Of a DNA stretch of 10,705 nt, positions 8,228 through 10,705 are shown piece by piece. The position numbers and the translations under genes are program-made. The DNA comes from Candidatus Thorarchaeota archaeon (GTDB lineage: Archaea > Asgardarchaeota > Thorarchaeia > Thorarchaeales > Thorarchaeaceae), in assembly GCA_020348985.1 (NCBI GenBank), contig CP070761.1, forward strand, positions 234,057 through 244,761. Direction: 5' to 3'. Below the pieces are notes generated by a model. That model was not told where the DNA came from and made no database searches. It saw only the letters and a program-made list of their open reading frames with translations. How positions within the stretch are numbered: the stretch's first letter is position 1; every line of letters begins with the position of its first letter.

Positions 8228-8269
8228 CCAGTTGGTCCCTAGTCACTACAGTACCATTTTGGCCCTAGT
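8226..8269 (+). repeat. Imperfect 18-bp direct repeat, two copies, 26-bp period; candidate operator
   Basis: TACCAGTTGGTCCCTAGT (8226-8243) versus TACCATTTTGGCCCTAGT (8252-8269): 15 of 18 positions identical without gaps. Confidence 0.55.
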
Positions 8270-8287
8270 TGGCAGAGTGATGTGAAT

Positions 8288-8428
8288 ATGCAGTTGATGC
8301 TACAATCGCGACAAAGCAACAGCAATCAATGGCTAGACATAGCCGGAGTCCAGTGGGAGCCCAGTGATCTACTGATTGAGTGGCTCACTTACTTGTACAA
8401 CCTGTGGGAGACCCTCCCCCAAAATTAG
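8288..8428 (+). CDS. Unannotated 46-aa Trp-rich small ORF
   Basis: Manual translation: MQLMLQSRQSNSNQWLDIAGVQWEPSDLLIEWLTYLYNLWETLPQN*. SD-like GAGTGATGTGA upstream. Lies between the candidate promoter and the regulator gene. Confidence 0.5.
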   Translation: MQLMLQSRQSNSNQWLDIAGVQWEPSDLLIEWLTYLYNLWETLPQN

Positions 8429-8457
8429 ATGGCACTGTAGAGTAGAGGAGATACCAC

Positions 8458-9171
8458 ATGAGCCAAGAGAACCCAGATGATTTGGACAGAGTCTTCAAGG
8501 CTTTGGGAAATCTCACAAGAAGACGAATACTCCGTCTTCTTGCGCAGAAGCCGCGGTATCCGTATGAATTAAGCAAGATGCTGGGATTGACTGGCAGAGG
8601 CGTACAGAAGCACCTGATTATTCTCCAGGATGCTGGATTAGTTGATCGTGAGCAAGTCGAGAGTGAGCTTGGACCAGACAGAATCTATTACAAGCTGAAT
8701 GTAAGCTTTGGTCTTTCGACAACTATCCTACCGAATGCTTTCGTTGTACGGCTTCATCAGGCTCCTCATCCATTTCAGATCCTTCGACCAAGAGCCGCAA
8801 AGATTCCAGAACCAGCTCCAGACGTGAAGGCCGTCAGAGCCCTGCTCCAAGAGCTGGATAGAGTGAACAAGAAGTTGGGGTCTCTAGACGAAGAGAGAAT
8901 GCGGCATGCGGAGCTTAGGGGCAGAATCATAAGACGTACAGAGTCAATCATGGAACACTACAACTGGGATCAGGAAAGCTGTCAACGGGTAAGGGCCCTC
9001 TTGAATCCAGTGCGTTCCGAAACATCAGTTGAAACAGACTTGTGGACAGAATCGTTTCGAGAGGCACACGAGCTCATTGAGAACCTTTTGTCAGGTCGGT
9101 CCCGCCGCACGGGCAAGACCGATGAGGACGAAGAAAAAAGCGAAACTGCGGTTTCGATAGAATTTGAATGA
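8458..9171 (+). CDS. ArsR-like winged-HTH transcription regulator with C-terminal coiled coil, Phr/COG1777 (archaeal heat-shock repressor) type
   Basis: ALGNLTRRRILRLLAQKPRYPYELSKMLGLTGRGVQKHLIILQDAGLV...GPDRIYYKL...ILPNAF parallels the N-terminus of Pyrococcus Phr as I recall it. Coiled coil LLQELDRVNKKLGSLDEERMR. GAGGAG SD at 8445-8450. Confidence 0.88.
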   Translation: MSQENPDDLDRVFKALGNLTRRRILRLLAQKPRYPYELSKMLGLTGRGVQKHLIILQDAGLVDREQVESELGPDRIYYKLNVSFGLSTTILPNAFVVRLHQAPHPFQILRPRAAKIPEPAPDVKAVRALLQELDRVNKKLGSLDEERMRHAELRGRIIRRTESIMEHYNWDQESCQRVRALLNPVRSETSVETDLWTESFREAHELIENLLSGRSRRTGKTDEDEEKSETAVSIEFE

Positions 9172-9265
9172 AGAATCTTTGGCATTGAGCCCGTCACTTC
9201 CTTTAGTCCTCTACAATTTGACTGAACTTCTGGACATTCTAGTCTGTCTGTAAATATGTAGGCTT

Positions 9266-9290
9266 GATGACGCTGGAATGCAGCATCATC
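9266..9290 (-). terminator. Hairpin directly after the TPR gene stop codon, in a convergent intergenic region
   Basis: Minus-strand RNA GAUGAUGCUG-CAUUC-CAGCGUCAUC forms a 10-bp stem with one G-U pair and a 5-nt loop. No poly-U tail. Confidence 0.45.
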
Positions 9291-10705
9291 TATGATTCTA
9301 GCCTGTCGAGGAATTCTTTGAAGAACGGACAGAGGCCACCCATCCAGAAGAGATTACCATAGCAGTCCTTCTTGAGTGTCTTTCTCTCAACCCTACACTC
9401 GAAGTTCAAATCCAAGTGGTGGAAAATACAGATGTCTCCCTGGAACCCCGGGTCGTCATGTACTTTCTGTCTCATTTGATGCATTAGGGATGAGTCCTGG
9501 GCGGCCCTCCATTCACCAAGGTCGCCAAGCATTTCCAGAACCGCTTTTCTCAGTTTCTTGGGCTTTTCATCGAGTTCCCATCGGGAGAGCAGTTCGCTGA
9601 TATCAGCGTTGAAGGCAAGGTGCGGAAGTCCACTCTCTAGGGAGATCTTCTTTGCTTCCTTGTATTTCTCAATAGCTTCCTGATACCTTTGGGCAATGAA
9701 GTTGACGTCACCAGACAGGAAGAAGGTGATTCCCAGAAGGTCCTTCATTCCAGAGCTACTGGCCAGTCCAATTACCTCGTCATAGATCTCAGAGGCTCTG
9801 TCGTAGTTTCCTTTCCTGACTGCCACGTCGCCAAGATTGACCTTGGCAGTTCCGATTCCTCTCATGTACTCTGCTTCTTGGCTGATTTCCAGTGCCCTCA
9901 GGTTGTATGTCTGCATCTGATCTATTTGTCCAAGCTGTCTGTCAATCTCTCCCACATTGATCAGAGTCTTTGCCAGACCAATCTGATTGTTCAACTGTTG
10001 TTGGATGACAAGGAGTTCTTCAAACTGATCGCGTGCCTCCTGTAGTTGACCAATGCTGATGTAGACGACACCTCTCAGATTACGGGCATCTGCAACTCCG
10101 TGAAGATAACCCATTCTCTCGTATTTTCTCTGTGACGCTCTTACCAAGCTGAGCGCTCTCTCAAACTCAAATGCGTCATATAGAGCTCTGGCCCGATAGT
10201 ATTCAATATCAGCTAAGGCTAACTGCTGATCCAAGTGATTTGCGGTGTCTTCGGCAGAATCGAGACGTATCAAAGCTTCATCTATTGATTCTGATTCATG
10301 TGCTACGTACGCAAGGACTATTCTCGGTCTTAGGAGTGCGGCTTGCACTGTTCTGCGGATATCTTCATTCTTGGACGTCAGCTTTGTGACCTTCTCAATG
10401 CTCTCCTCTGCAACTTCTCTTGCTCTGTCAGCATAGCCCAAATCTGTCAAGACAGCGGCAAGTTGTCCCGAGAGCTGAGCGAATGTGACATAGTCCTGAG
10501 ACTGCCAAGCCTGATTTACATAGTTTCGGAGGTTGTTTAACCATCTTGGATCCAAACTCTGGCGACAATAGGCGGCGGCTGCATAACCCTTGCATGCGAT
10601 ACTGTCACATCCCTTTGCCAGAACTTGATTGAATCCATACATCCCTCTGAGGTAACTCGCCTTCGCAAGCATAGCGAGAAAACCATCGCTTCTATTCTTC
10701 CATTC
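9290..10705 (-). CDS. Tetratricopeptide repeat protein (5' partial) with a Cys-rich C-terminal domain
   Basis: Repeats of about 40 aa such as ADARNLRGVVYISIGQLQEARDQFEE, AKTLINVGEIDRQLGQ and GTAKVNLGDVAVRKGNYDRA. The frame stays open from 10672 to the edge (EWKNRSDGFLAM), so the start lies outside the window. Confidence 0.88.
   Translation of the reverse strand, partial: EWKNRSDGFLAMLAKASYLRGMYGFNQVLAKGCDSIACKGYAAAAYCRQSLDPRWLNNLRNYVNQAWQSQDYVTFAQLSGQLAAVLTDLGYADRAREVAEESIEKVTKLTSKNEDIRRTVQAALLRPRIVLAYVAHESESIDEALIRLDSAEDTANHLDQQLALADIEYYRARALYDAFEFERALSLVRASQRKYERMGYLHGVADARNLRGVVYISIGQLQEARDQFEELLVIQQQLNNQIGLAKTLINVGEIDRQLGQIDQMQTYNLRALEISQEAEYMRGIGTAKVNLGDVAVRKGNYDRASEIYDEVIGLASSSGMKDLLGITFFLSGDVNFIAQRYQEAIEKYKEAKKISLESGLPHLAFNADISELLSRWELDEKPKKLRKAVLEMLGDLGEWRAAQDSSLMHQMRQKVHDDPGFQGDICIFHHLDLNFECRVERKTLKKDCYGNLFWMGGLCPFFKEFLDRLES

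Noticed and set aside
8226-8269. Direct repeats considered as a CRISPR remnant or target-site duplication
   Set aside because: Only two imperfect 18-bp copies with an 8-bp spacer, and no cas or transposase genes nearby.
9260-9292. Hairpin containing AUGA considered as a SECIS element
   Set aside because: The stem is short and fully paired with no tandem G-A kink geometry, and the visible TPR frame has no in-frame TGA.
7798-10540. Antisense ORFs over the GTPase, regulator and TPR genes
   Set aside because: Shadow frames of well-supported genes.

Overview
Gene-dense archaeal window, most likely from an Asgard archaeon (Thorarchaeota-like). This is inferred from a Rab-like small GTPase, a longin-like small ORF, an HDISN-type multi-PAS kinase and a Phr-type regulator. 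The left half holds housekeeping and membrane genes: an ECF S-component-like protein, pyroglutamyl-peptidase I, a LysE translocator and a DUF389 protein. The right half looks like a signalling cluster. A soluble 7-PAS histidine kinase is transcribed divergently from a run of + strand genes: a possible ribbon-helix-helix protein, an unannotated 56-aa longin-like micro-ORF whose stop overlaps the start of a Rab-like GTPase with a variant G3 motif (DLGSQ), an unannotated 46-aa Trp-rich micro-ORF, and a Phr/COG1777-type regulator. These converge on a TPR protein with a Cx10Cx10Cx10C tail. I saw no rRNA, tRNA, CRISPR array or mobile element. All family assignments come from recognising motifs by eye, not from database searches.
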